64,000 nucleotides of DNA from Octopus vulgaris (taxonomy: Eukaryota), in NCBI GenBank assembly GCA_951406725.2, contig OX597816.1, forward strand, positions 34,720,001 to 34,784,000, given 5' to 3'. Below, piece by piece: positions 1 through 13,065 of this stretch. A model generated the notes under the pieces. That model was not told where the DNA came from and did not search any database. It was given only the letters and a program-made list of their open reading frames with translations. Position numbers and translations under genes: made by a program. Position 1 is the first letter of the stretch. Each line of letters starts with the position of its first letter.

Positions 1-219
1 GTGTCAATGTTGAAAGTGCGAGCGTAATTTTGTATCAAAAATATCTGCTAATGTAGGAATTTGCACTTTATATACACGAAACTCTCAGTCCGTCTACGCT
101 TTGAAACTCCTGCCAAATGAACATTATGCGTATATATAAATATATATATCAGAATTTTTTGTGTAATAAGATAAAAAAAACCAAGGCTGTGTAGTTATTA
201 GAGCATTTATAGATAGAAT

Positions 220-271
220 GTCTTACAGCTGTTTCTAGGATAATTATTAATAATATCCCTTCATCGGAGAC
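220..271 (-). ncRNA. Degenerate minimal type I hammerhead ribozyme in a PLE-type terminal repeat
   Basis: Reverse complement reads gtct-CCGATGA-a-gggata..tatcct-a-GAAA-cagctg-TA-agac. Stems are present and stem III is palindromic; U4 is changed to C. A related copy lies at 34336-34383. Confidence 0.65.
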
Positions 272-617
272 GGTGTCAGAGAATAGTTATGTCATAGTTA
301 GTTTAGATGTGATACAAAATAGAGAGTGAGGTGGAGGAAATAAAATAGATGCAAGATATGTATGGGTATTGAATTTGTAAATCCATTTTATAAGCATAAT
401 GGTATACATGCAATATTCCAATATCCTATGAGGAAAGTCCAAAAGTCCAACAGAGTTTAAAATGAGTCCTTCCAAATATAGAGTTTATAAGCAATGTAAG
501 AGTCCCTTATGAGTGAGATCCAGCAGATGTACTTTTAACGGTCAACATTAATTTCCTGAATCTGAGCTGCCCTGAGGGCAATATCCGCTCTCATGTCTCT
601 AAACAACTATAAAGAAG

Positions 618-709
<92 letters not shown>

Positions 710-719
710 TTCACAGAAA

Positions 720-2800
720 GAACAGACACAAATAACACTAAACATGATTCACCCTTCATGAACATAAATTTCTGTAAGGCCAGTTTAAAGGGATTTCAAA
801 CTGAAATCATGAAATTAAACTGGTCTCAGCATATTTGCAACCTCAAGGGTAACGCGGAAATGAAGTTTTTGTTAGAAATATTTCGAAAGCATGCCTCATA
901 CAAACTCATCTATTAATGCAAGAACTTGATTCCATGGGGTAGATGAATAATAATGTGTAACAGAATCAAACTAACAAAACAATCTCCCTCCACATGTGAG
1001 ATTGAGAAGAAAATAAAAGAAAAAATCATTCAACTGGACCTAAAAATATCATTTGAAGGAACAGAGCGCAATGTAGAATATGAAGTATAATCCCAAGTTT
1101 TTTTTTCCACTTTCCTAATCAAAAATCATTTACACATAACAATATTGGTCCTCTAATGAACCTAAGATATATCATATGATAATGAGGAATCACAAACATG
1201 CACACTCTTGTGTTAAGATACAGCATTTTCCCAACACATTATCAAGAAATTCCTAAATAATGCAAACGAATTCTTTGATCCTAAGAATTCAGCTACAGAG
1301 ACACTTCTAAAAAGTAAGGAAATTACCGAAGTTGATATTCTTACATTTATTAATGACCTACTTTCAAACTCGATATCAAGATCAGATGGTGTACGAGCAA
1401 TATTGCTAAAAACGTGCAATAACAGCCTTAAAGTTGTTATTTCAAAATCGATAACTACCGACATATTACCAGAAATAATGAATTATGCAATACTAATTCC
1501 TATACAGAAAGGAGGTAGCAGGGCTGAAACAACAAATTATAGACCTGCTTTACTCACATGCCATACATCTGAAATTGTCCTCCGAAATTGTGCCTGAAAA
1601 AGAAAAGTTATGTATCTTGATGAAACAACCTCTTAGCTAATGCAGAATATGGCTTTGAGACAAGGTGAAGTTACCTCCCGCAACTACTACAATAACATAA
1701 TAATAGTTTTGGACAATATTGACCTTGGAATCTCCTATCGTAGGCTAAAGAGTGTTGTTTTCACAGGAAAACTCGGAGAATAATTCTTTGACTTCCTACA
1801 GGGCACGAACTAATCTGTTACTGCATACAGTTTACTCTCTACAAAGTCACCTGTAGTAAGTGGTATAGGGCCATTCTCATTTATCATCACACTATTAGGT
1901 ATAAGCTATGAAGTACACTCGACTAACATGACGAACTACGCCGATGTCACAAAAAATCAATGGTTATCAATAATGATGCCGTCATAACCCAAAAGGAACT
2001 AAACAATATATATCAATGGGCAGATAAAATCAAATCGAATACGCATTAATCCTATTATTTCATACCTGATAAAACAATGATTAAGTGGACAAATAACACA
2101 CGGAAGTAATCTTGTTAAATGATGCCCCTTTCATTAGCCACATCATGAAAAATACCTGTAAATGCAGATATTTCATAGGACGGATCCTAAGAAAATTCGT
2201 AATATGAGAACCGGGCGTTACGCTTACACTAGCAGAACTTTGTTCTGAGCAGATTAGATTACTTCCCTTTTTCTCACCTAATTTATCCACTATCATAGAG
2301 AAGATTGAAGAATTGCAAAGAAAGTTCATCAGCAAAATAACTTTGCTTATTATCCTTAATTATTGGGAACGTCAGAAAACACTGAACAGGGAGATATAAT
2401 ATTATATGTGTATGCACTATCCTGGAGGATCATGTTCCAAACTTCTTGCGCGAATTGGTAGATACTCTGAACTTCCAAACATAACACCTTCGAAAACATG
2501 AGCAAAAACGCTCTGATACCCCTCTTTGATATTCAGAAGTCCTCAATTGTTCAACTGCCTACTCAGAGAAATCACAAATATAAAAAGGACTTCTACTAAA
2601 ACATTACAAAAATATATTGATTAAAATCCTAAAGGTGATACGGACCAGCCAATCATTGAAGTTTACATTCAAGGACGTTTCGCTATTACACAGTCAATCA
2701 TAGACCAAACTGCCAACCATAAAGCTACAACAATTCCTTAAAAGAATTAACTAACGTGGTGCCCTTATATGGCAGCAGCCCTACGATAGCAAACTAAACT
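720..2800 (+). mobile_element. Old, heavily decayed CR1-type LINE (RT region and 3' end)
   Basis: Fragments AILLKTC, IPIQKGGSRAETTNYRP, TNYADVTK, YQWADK, IEELQRKF and NYWER are collinear with the intact LINE at 61954-63958. The 3' end gtggtgcccttatatggcagcagcc resembles that LINE's tail. Confidence 0.85.
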
Positions 2801-3606
2801 AACAGACTTGAATAACTCTAAAATAATTTACGGCAGTTAGATATGCATGTTTGGGTCGAGAAAATTTTCTAGGGAAAAAAGACTACGGAATAAGTATACA
2901 ATAGGAGCTAAGCTTGTGCGGTAAGAACTTTGCTTCCAAAGAGAGTAGATTTGAGCAGGCATGAATATATCAAGAAAGAATAAGAGAAAACGAAGAAATA
3001 TTGAATGGAGCCGTGAAGGAATGGATATGTATAAAAAAGGCATGAATTATGAACCACACAGATAGGTAGGGATAGGGAGAGTAATGGTACTTTAAGTGTT
3101 TCTATAGTAACAAGCTCTTTCCTCTAACTATAGTTAGACTCTCCTATCGCTGCTGAAATATAAAATATGAAATTTTCCTGATAATTTTCACGCAATAACA
3201 TAGTTTGTTTCTTTTCTTTCAAAGGCTGTGTGCACTTGTCCGCCATTTTAATATTCTAGTAAATCCTGAAAGTGATAACGTCGTTGCGCATACGTTTCAT
3301 GAATGGGTCTTAATTTAATATTCACCCGTGACATAACGACTGTTCCAAGATTACATAGTATTATCTTTACATGGGTAACTATCTTCATCGGCGAGTTAGA
3401 TTTGTGTGAATCATACTTTTGGATGTGAAACTGAGAGCAGTTTTGTGTGTGTGTGTGTGTGTGTGTGAGTGAGCGTGTGTGTGTGCGTGTGTGTGTGCGT
3501 GTGTATAACAGATATGTCCTAAAATTACGTGTGAGAGTAAAATAAATCTCTCCCTCATTCTTTTTATCTTTTTCGTTCCGATGTTATATATGCATGCATA
3601 AATGTA

Positions 3607-3660
<54 letters not shown>

Positions 3661-3663
<3 letters not shown>

Positions 3664-3873
3664 TTTACACTAACTCTTCCAGTTGTTTCAGTCATTTGAC
3701 TGTGGCCATGCTGGACCACCGCCTTTAGTCGAGCAAATCTTATTCTTTGTAAGCCTAGTACTTATTCTATTGGGTTATTTTGCCGAACCGCTAAGTTACG
3801 GTGACGTAAACACACAGCATCAGTTGTCAAGTGATGTTGCGGGGACAATCACAGACACACAAACATATACATG

Positions 3874-3913
<40 letters not shown>

Positions 3914-4074
3914 CGACGGGCTTCTTTCAGTTTCCGTCTACCAACTCCACTCACAAGGTTTTGGTCGACCCGAGTCTAGAGTAGAAGACACTTGCCCAAA
4001 GTGCCACGCAGTGGGACTGAACCCGGAGCCATGTAGTTGGTAAACAAACTACTTACCACACACCACTCCTACGC

Positions 4075-4075
<1 letters not shown>
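3661..4075 (-). mobile_element. tRNA-derived SINE, family B (with internal CA/TA microsatellite)
   Basis: Homologous along its length to 57197-57600 and 58365-58762. It has a tRNA-like head with B-box-like ggttcagtccc. Confidence 0.9.
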
Positions 4076-4159
<84 letters not shown>

Positions 4160-4788
4160 TGCGCATGTGTGTGTCAATCTGAATGAGTACACGTGAGTTA
4201 TAATATTTCTTCATACCTCTCAAGCTCTAGTATTTATAGCTGATCTCTCTACAACAAATGCCGTGTTGTTTGTCTGAAACGAAAAGTGTATATGTGTCAC
4301 CTAAATAGGATTTGCCGATTAGTCTTAGAGAGCAACGGAAACATAAGTATGTAACATTGATTACATTTTATAGCCTAGAAGAGAAACAATATCGGAAATT
4401 CGCCAGAGATTATATTTTATAGCATGTAACCATAGAGACGACATGGAGCTTTGAATATTGAAATAAAAGTGCATTAAACTGTGAACTCTCCGTATTTCCT
4501 CGTGGTTAACATATATGGACGGTTGAGCATAATGTGTAAAATATTGAGCGTAGGGAGAAAGTTCGGTGATGGGAATAAGCTCTTTACGATATCTTCCGCA
4601 TTTATATTGCAAATTGCATTATAAGTATCGACATACATTTAGAAATATACACATGCAGACATGTCCAACTCCATACTTACAGACAACTATATATACTTGT
4701 ATGTATGTTCATATGTGTCTGGGAAGTGGCGGTGGATATGTGTGTAGTGTTAAAAGGGACACTCCATTTATGGTTAAATATATGCATA

Positions 4789-4826
<38 letters not shown>

Positions 4827-5308
4827 TGTGTGAGTAGATGATAGATATTGATATATACGCCATTATACACACAATGAATAGAAGTATATATTATAATGCC
4901 CATATTTACATATTTTAATATACATTTTATCGAATTTTATTCTGTGGTGCAATCAAGTACATTATCTGTTCATTCAACTAATGCGTATTTGTCTAAGAAT
5001 TCTATTGCCGCTTGCACTCTTAATGTAATTCTGATGCAAAGAGACCGTCCTATAGGTTTTTCAGCTGTTTCTTTCTACTCAATTTTCATGCAGCGCTTGA
5101 CCGGAAGTAAAGTATAGAAAATGAAATTTATCCTTGATTTATCGCAGATACTTGATGCTGGAATCTTATGGTAGCAAGGCTAAGATCTAAACCATTCGGC
5201 CACAGTGCATTGATATATACGTGTCTGTATGCGTGTTAGTATATACATATATATATATATATGGCTGTCCACATAGTGCTTTTTTAACCCTTTAAATACA
5301 CACACACA

Positions 5309-5402
<94 letters not shown>

Positions 5403-5406
5403 TACG

Positions 5407-5680
5407 TGGAGGCGCAATAGCCCCGTGGTTAGGGCAGCGGACTCGCGGTCGTTGTGTGTGTTTATTGAGCGAAATCACCTAAAAGATCCACGAGGTTCCG
5501 GCAGGGGGTGGTGATCCCTGTTGTACTCCTTCACCACTCTTTCTCTCACTCTTTCTTCTCTTGGCCTGCTCGCTTAGCCAGCGGGGTGGCGTCGTTCGAA
5601 GGCTAAAACAATGCGAACGCATTGTGACCAGCGATGTGTAGCAACATCTGATGGTCTGGTCGGTCACGTGATCACGTGAT
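5407..5680 (+). mobile_element. tRNA-derived SINE, family C head with alternative tail ending in cacgtgatcacgtg
   Basis: The head ggaggcgcaatagccccgtggttagggcagcggactcgcggtc matches 9369 and 60934. The tail matches 46831-46946. Confidence 0.85.
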
Positions 5681-5696
5681 ATATGAATACATTCTT

Positions 5697-5950
5697 GTGG
5701 AGGCGCGTGGCTTAGTGGATAGAGCGTCAGCATCATGAGCGTGAGATTGTGGTTTCGATTCCTGGAACGGGCAACGCGTTGTGTTCTTGAACAAAACACT
5801 TCATTTCACGTTACCCCAGTTCACTCAGCTGGCAAGAATGAGTGACCCTGTGATGGACTGGCGTCCTTGTCCAGATGGGGAACACATACGCCATTGGAAC
5901 CGGGAAACCGGGCCCATGAGCCTGGCTAGGCTTTAAAAGGGTGCATTTAT
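5697..5950 (+). mobile_element. tRNA-derived SINE, family D (CORE-like and V-domain-like segments)
   Basis: A-box tggcttagtgg and B-box ggtttcgattcc are present. gtgttcttgaacaaaacactt resembles the CORE motif and ccctgtgatggactggcgtccttgtccag resembles the V-SINE motif (from recall, not searched). Confidence 0.75.
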
Positions 5951-6869
5951 TTATTTTATGTATAAATGCTTACATACATACACATATGACTGTGTGTATA
6001 CTTACATATGTGTGTTTTTCTGCACATGTATTTGTGCGTGCATGTGTGTTATAGTGTGTGTTTTTGTATGTATGTGTGTTGGACTGAAAAATTATGTGTT
6101 TTGTTATAGCTTTCTTGAGATAATCGTATTATGCTCCGTAACGCAGCAACGATATATCCTGTATATCATACAGGGATATTTTTCAAGACGTTGATGTTTC
6201 TTGACATTCACGTATAAATATATCGCTGGTCTGGCTAACCTAACTCGTTGCACTAGCTTCTGTAAAGGACAGATTCAAAACATCGTAGAAAAGGAATGAG
6301 GAAATTTAGAAACGTAGATATTCCATTTCGAATTATTACTGTTTTATATTTCCAGGCCATCACCAAGGAATTCCTGCATAGAACAGCATTAATTCAAAAG
6401 AACTAAGATATGTTTTGCTTGTAGTAAAAAATGTAATTGAAAAGTTGTTTGTTATATTACACACGAGGAAACTGCTAGTGTATATGCTGCCTAAAACTTC
6501 ATTGATGACCATATTCTTTTTCAAATACAGCACAATAGAACACCTAGATAACACTTCTCTTTCTCTGCATCTCTCTCTCTCTCTCACTCTCTCACTCTCA
6601 CACTTACACAAACATACATGTTCTCTCTCTCTCTCTAACTCTCTCTGCAGCTCACTGTCTATCTCTTTCTATTTTCCCTCTCAAACAATAGCACAACGGT
6701 GAAAGGATTGTAAACATTTTCTTTTATAGATCATCTCTCACCCCAGAGCTAAGAGTATTTACAGAGAGAATGATGTGATTTAGTTCCGAAACATATACGA
6801 CATGATCAGAAAATGCCAAAACAAAAATACTTCAAACTTTTTAATAACAAGAGATATCTTAAGTTCAAT

Positions 6870-7125
6870 ATTTGCGAAATGAGGAATTGTGTACATTATT
6901 TATATTATTTACATTTGACGGATATTTGTCCTCGTGTAGTTTTTTGTTAACACAACGTTTCGGCTGATATACTGAGAGGACAAACGAGGACAGACAAACG
7001 GATTAAGTCGATTATATCGACCCCAGTGCGTAACTGGTACTTATTTGATCGACCCCGAACGGATGAAAGTCGACCTCGGCGGAATTTGAACTCAGAACGT
7101 AGCGGCAGACGAAATACCGCTACGC
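6870..7125 (-). mobile_element. SINE family A fragment joined to a PLE-like tail
   Basis: 6974-7122 matches 44255-44485. The adjacent tail has the 3' half of an HHR-like motif (cagccGAAAcgTTgtgtt on the minus strand). Confidence 0.75.
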
Positions 7126-8620
7126 ATGTTCCCAGAGTGCCAATGATTCTGGAAGCATGCAGCCCTAAAATCCACACGATTACAGAAAAGCAATGCCCTA
7201 CAAAAGGTTGTCATTATGACCAAAACAGAATTCGGGGAAAGAAAAAGAAATAGTTTTAATATAAGAAACAGAGGAGGCGACACACCGTGTTGCATAAATT
7301 TGTACTGTTTGGTGTACTTCTCAAAATCCAGCTATAAAACAAATATTCCTAATGTAAGATGATATGTTTGACAAACATCTGATCAAATGTATGTTCGTTC
7401 CACACAAATAAGCTATTAGAGTATGACTGTGATACGTATTACAACAAGTTTTTTTTTTTGTATCAGAACTATTGCAGAAATGAACGGGCCGCAATTGTGC
7501 GAGACGGGCTTTGTATTGGCCTTTATTTCTGTGGACATAATTGCAAACATTACGTAGATTGTAGTGTTGTTTGTAATTATAGATCGGTAAATCAAAGCCT
7601 TAACGCTATACGAATGTTTTAAGCCTGAGCTTAGGAATTGCAATTGGACTTGATACCTGCAGCTTTTGCTATCGTGATTTAAAATCATATCTCTACGAGT
7701 TGCTAAGCCTTACAGTATGCACTATGAAATGTATTTGTATACCAAAGATAGAGAAAATAATAATTAGTCACATTTTATGTTATTCATCGAGTGGGCGTTG
7801 TTGGATTGTGCGTTCTAGAACATATAATTTTAGCTAATTTAATTAATTTTATGCTCTTATAAGTAAACGGCATACAGTAGAAATATTCATTTTATGACGG
7901 CCAAAGCAAAATAGAAAATGTCAGTTACGCAGGTGTTTGTGTTAATACCAGTATTGATTATTAGTCTTCCCTTGCTGGGAAAGTTTTAAAGATGCACTCA
8001 TTGGAAAGTAGTTACATTTTTTAGCGGAACACTCTTCATTATATTTAAAATAGCCATTTAGAATAAAAGGAGTCATGAAATATTATACATAAACGTGTAA
8101 TGGATATTAATTTATTCACGTACCATATGTGCATCGTCAGTTGTGAAACTTCGAATCATTTATATTAAGAAACACCTTTCTAGAGTTAACATTGAAAAGG
8201 AAAAGGTTCTGTAAAACTTCCTTATAAATAACAGTCCACAAATAGCGGGCGAAAAATTGGAAGGGGAAGAAATGCAGTGTTTTGAGAGAGAAACAAAATA
8301 ATCTGCTCTTCCTGGGTTATTGAAATTTTTTCTAGAATTTTAACCTAGGACAACACTTGGTTAGAAAAGTTAAATTACTTACGACCGAACTGTGACAACC
8401 AGGCGCACATAAACACCTAAGACATGTGTTTGCTTGTTCGGTAAGATTGCTCTACGACAAAAGAGAAATTAATTCGGTATTTTGCCCAATGTTTACATAA
8501 CACAAATATATTTAAAAATTAAGTTTAAATATACAAATGAAGAATAAATGTGCATAAACAATATAGTGTTCCTATATGTTCGTAATTGATGACTCGGAGT
8601 GCATACATACTAATGTATAC

Positions 8621-8688
<68 letters not shown>

Positions 8689-8699
8689 TATATATATAT

Positions 8700-10069
8700 A
8701 TTCTTTATGCATTCCAAAACCGAGTTACAGGTTTTGACGTATGGGATATCAACAGATTCAGTACTATTTCGGCTACAAATTAAACTTAATTTCCATTCAC
8801 ATATTTGCATTTCAAAATGTTAACATAATGTCTTCCATAAATCAACTAGCGTAGACATATTATACGAAGACGTCACATTTTCTATAAGTGTGTGTACCTT
8901 AAGAGACATCAATCATCACGACACACACCTTCACTCACTTAGTCTATCTCTCTTTTTCACTCTCCTTTCTCTCTCACACATATTCGCGCACACGCAAACA
9001 CGTGACCATTTCATACAGGCGTACATACATATTTCACTTACTTTCTCTGTCCTTTTCGCTTTCTCTTCCAGTTTCTACTCTCTTCAAATAAAGTTTTACG
9101 GAATGAGAGTGAGAAACACAGAAAAGACGTAATCTCTCCAGAAACAAGTATAAAGCAAGGAGAATGGTAGAAAACCGAAAGCAAGACTCTGAAGAGAGAT
9201 GAGATTTTCTGAAGATCAGCAAATGCATGTTGCAGCACATAATGCCGGATCATTACGCCGACGTCAAAGTACAAGGGCAAGTCTATAACCTATTTGGTTC
9301 CCTCTTACCTACACATGAACAACCACAATTTCTCTAAATTTACTTTATGAGTGATGTAGTACAACAAAGAGGCGCAATGGCCCAGCGGTTAGGGCAGCGG
9401 ACTCGCGGTCATAGGATCGCGGTTTCGATTCCCAGACCGGGCGTTGTGAGTGTTTATTGAGCGACAACATCTAAAAGTTCCACGAGGCTCCGGCAGGGGA
9501 TGGTGGTGATCCTTGCTGTACTCTTTCACCACAACTTTCTCTCACTCTTATTTTTTCCTGTTTCTGTTGTACCTGTATTTCAAAGGGCCGGCCTTGTCAC
9601 TCTCTGTGTCACGCTGAATATCCCCTGAACTACGTTAAGGGTACACGTGTCTCTGGAGTGCTCAGCCACTTACACGTTAATTTCACGAGCAGGCTGTTCC
9701 GTTGATACGGATCAACCGGAATCCTCGTCGTTGTAACCGACGGAGTGCTTCCGCAGTACAAGAAACCCGATGATGGGTCGTGTTAGACAAAGCGATGACT
9801 GCTGCAAAAGAGAGTATATCCACTGACAGATTTTCGGTGCGTTAAAAAAAGGCATAACCCCACCTCTAATTTTCCATGACAGTTTAGGGCCTGAAATACT
9901 CCAAACGGACGCATAGCATGTTGCTTAGTCGAATTAGTCCAGCATTTACCTTACAAATGTTTTGTTGTCAATGCTGCACTTTCCCATACCACCTGTTTCA
10001 ACATAACTGTAATATATTATCTACAAACTATGCGATTTTGCTCCCGAACAAAGCCGGGTATCTTGCTAG
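8700..10069 (+). mobile_element. Probable degenerate non-autonomous Helitron interrupted by a SINE
   Basis: The 3' end cccg-aacaaagc-cggg-tatcttgCTAG|t is like 29809-29835. The 5' block 8700-8820 is homologous to about 33560-33680. Confidence 0.5.
9369..9753 (+). mobile_element. Full-length tRNA-derived SINE, family C
   Basis: A and B boxes (tggcccagcggtta, ggtttcgattccc) are present and it is colinear with 60551-60934. Probable TSD is agtacaa(c/g)aaa. Confidence 0.92.
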
Positions 10070-10358
10070 TATATACAGACACGCGCGCGCACACACAGAC
10101 ACACACACAAGTATATATATATATATATATATATATAGTCCCTTCCACACACACCAGCTTAACTTAATTCGTCGTTAGTCGAAAGACACTTGTTAACGTC
10201 CTGTTGTTTGCATTTTGTATTAGTGTACCATTTCTCCGTTTTTTCCGTCCTTGTGTTTTTTTCCTTTTTCTTGTTCCTTTTTGTATCATCTGTCTCGATG
10301 ATTTGTTTTTGCTTCTTGCTTTCTTGTTCCATTTTTTGTGTTCTTTTATATATACATA

Positions 10359-10449
<91 letters not shown>

Positions 10450-11199
10450 ATATGTGTATATGTATATGTTTGTAAACGTGCATGCATGGTGTCATTAGGC
10501 TGGTAGGTAGGAAAGTAAGTAGATATATGAAAAGCAGATATATTTAACCTTCAGCATAGTCACATCTCTACATTCTTTTCTCAAACATAGTGTTAATATA
10601 TACTTAGAAGTAGAGAAATAAGTACTGTTCGATACTGAATATGAATAACATCACATATCGAGATAAAGATAAAATAAAAAGCTTAGAATATAAATACATG
10701 TCAAAGTGTTGCAATGAACAAAAACACGATTTTATATTTTATTATAAACGCAAAATTCACGCCCTCTTTGAGAAAAAATACACTTCAAAGCAGCATTGAA
10801 CAGTATAGTCAATGAAAATGGGTGTGCTCAGATAACACGATTTCATTTGGATGCTATTAAACAGCGATGTCAATCAGCGTATTTCTCATAATCCTGATAA
10901 TACTAAAAAACAAATCAATAATTTTTATTGCTTGAACATGAAGGAAAATCAGAGATTCAATATACAAGGATAATATTCGAGAGATAGGTACTGAATTAAA
11001 CCTGTTCTCAGTGATCAGTATTCCTTCGTTTTGCAGTTGGCATTCATTATTCTAATTATTGATTTTTGACCGATGTGCAAATGAGATTCTGTTGCATTTA
11101 AGTAATCCTGCTATCTAGGTTTGCCCTTTCATCTTTCTTTTATGCCTTCTGTAAAGGCTGCAACCTCTTTACCTCGCCATATATGACAAAAAAAGGCAA

Positions 11200-12300
11200 T
11201 TGTTGAAAAGCCATATGTAAACTTTGTAGATGTCACAAAGAGCATTGTACGAATGATATTCTATAATGTTGCATGCCATTCAATATTCGTCGGAAATATG
11301 AGCAGATTCTCGAACAATTACCTGTTGGACAAGTCATATTTAGAACGCATAACAAAAATTACATTTCAGTTATATCTTATACATGAATTCCATCGTTTAT
11401 CGTGAAAACATCAGCTGCTGGGTTACCCACACAATTGCTCAGTTGGGCGTCGAAACTGTTTCTCGATTCAAAATAGATTGTAATATTAAAAAATAAAAGT
11501 AAGGTAGCTACAAATGCTTCAGAAATTATTATGGAGTCTCCTTCAAATACTTATTCCGCCATTAGTTTGTTCAAAGACAATTCACACCAAACGAAGCAAT
11601 TTTATCGACAGACTAAATATGAGAGTATAAGGATAAAATGTATAAACCTGTCATTTAAAGGAATAAATCATTTGTATTTTTAATAATATAGGAGAGGCAT
11701 ATATATTAAATGCTGATAAAAATGAATTAACTGGGAATAAAGCAGTTGAAATTTCACTGAAGATATAGTATCAGAAATTATGATGCCGAGAATTGTCTGG
11801 CAAACTTGCCGAAAGGATTGAAATAATATTATACAGACATAAAAAGTCTCCTTCTCACTACAAAATTATTTGTAATTGGATTTTAATGTTCGCTATATTC
11901 AAAATATTACTATCCATTAAGTAACAGAGTAACGAACTGAAAGCTGCACACAAAAACCGCTTAATTACTTAAATTTATGTGTACGTCTATGAAATATATT
12001 TAAGAAGTTGCAACAAAGGTTTTGGACTCTAAAAGGAAAGAGGAGACATAATCAAGACATTACAAATTCGGATTCTAGTGTCGACTTGTTATCTTAAGTA
12101 ATTACAGAGAGGGTAGATAGCTGTTTCTAGACAACAGCCAATTTCGTTGTATGTTTCAGTCTAATCGATGTCCTCAGTATATTCAAGACTGAAAAGAGAC
12201 TGAAGAACAGTGAATGAATGTCTTCATATTCATAAATGTTTCATAAGACACTTCAAAAATTTACCTATTGGAAAATTAAAACGAACGGAAATAAATCAGA
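11200..12300 (+). mobile_element. Possible highly decayed Penelope-like RT/GIY-YIG relic
   Basis: Frameshifted echoes of VNFVDV (11217), VYR (11395) and a VY.F..C..YI.KT.KRL.NR pattern (12145-12215). Confidence 0.35.
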
Positions 12301-12728
12301 TGGACAAGTTGTATCAATTTCTGCAATGTTTTTCGAAAGTGATGTAGAAAGTTCCGGTCACAAAAATATCTTAAGTTAATTAAACACTAATTATGCTTTA
12401 TAGCTGACTTTCTTTTCTCCCTTTAACATTAAATATACATGTCGAGTGACACTTTCCTTAATTAAACACAAGTATAAGTAAAGATTGGCCTGGACGGAAT
12501 TCTTTAGGCAGATTTTTCGGGGTTTTTTTTCTTTTTTGAGAGCCATCATAGACCATGATATAGTTTTAGATTTAGATAGAATTGTGATTTTAATTGAAAT
12601 AGGTTAGTTGTACTGCATTACACAAAGTAGAATCTCAATGACCCGTCGTATGAAACATTCCCTAAATACTCAAATGGGGTATGCATTTTGCAACACAAAA
12701 ACGAATATTAGTAATGTAGGTAGTACAA

Positions 12729-13065
12729 GTGAAGGCGCATGGCACAGTGGCTAGAGTGTCGGGCTCACAATCATGAGGTAATGAATTCGATTAACGGACA
12801 ATAGCTTTGTGATGTGTTTTTGAGTAAGACTTCACGTTGCTCCAATTCCTGCATCTGTAGAATTGAGTTGCAATGTCACTGGTGTCAAACTGTATCGGAC
12901 TTTGCTTTACTCTGGATGGCATTGGTGATGTGGAGAGGGGCAGATGATATACATGGGTGAATGCTGATTTTTCATAAGCAACCTTGCCTAGACTTGTGCC
13001 TCGGACGAAAACTTTGTAGGGGCAATCCCATGGTCATGCATGACCGAAGGGTGTCTTTACACTTT
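12729..13065 (+). mobile_element. Diverged tRNA-derived SINE (family D-like head)
   Basis: The head gaaggcgcatggcacagtggctagagtgtcgggctcacaatcatgagg is related to 5697. Confidence 0.75.

Noticed and set aside
9369-9440. tRNA-like sequences with A/B boxes (also 5697, 57197, 60860)
   Set aside because: They continue into shared SINE bodies with tails and TSDs, so they are SINE heads rather than tRNA genes.
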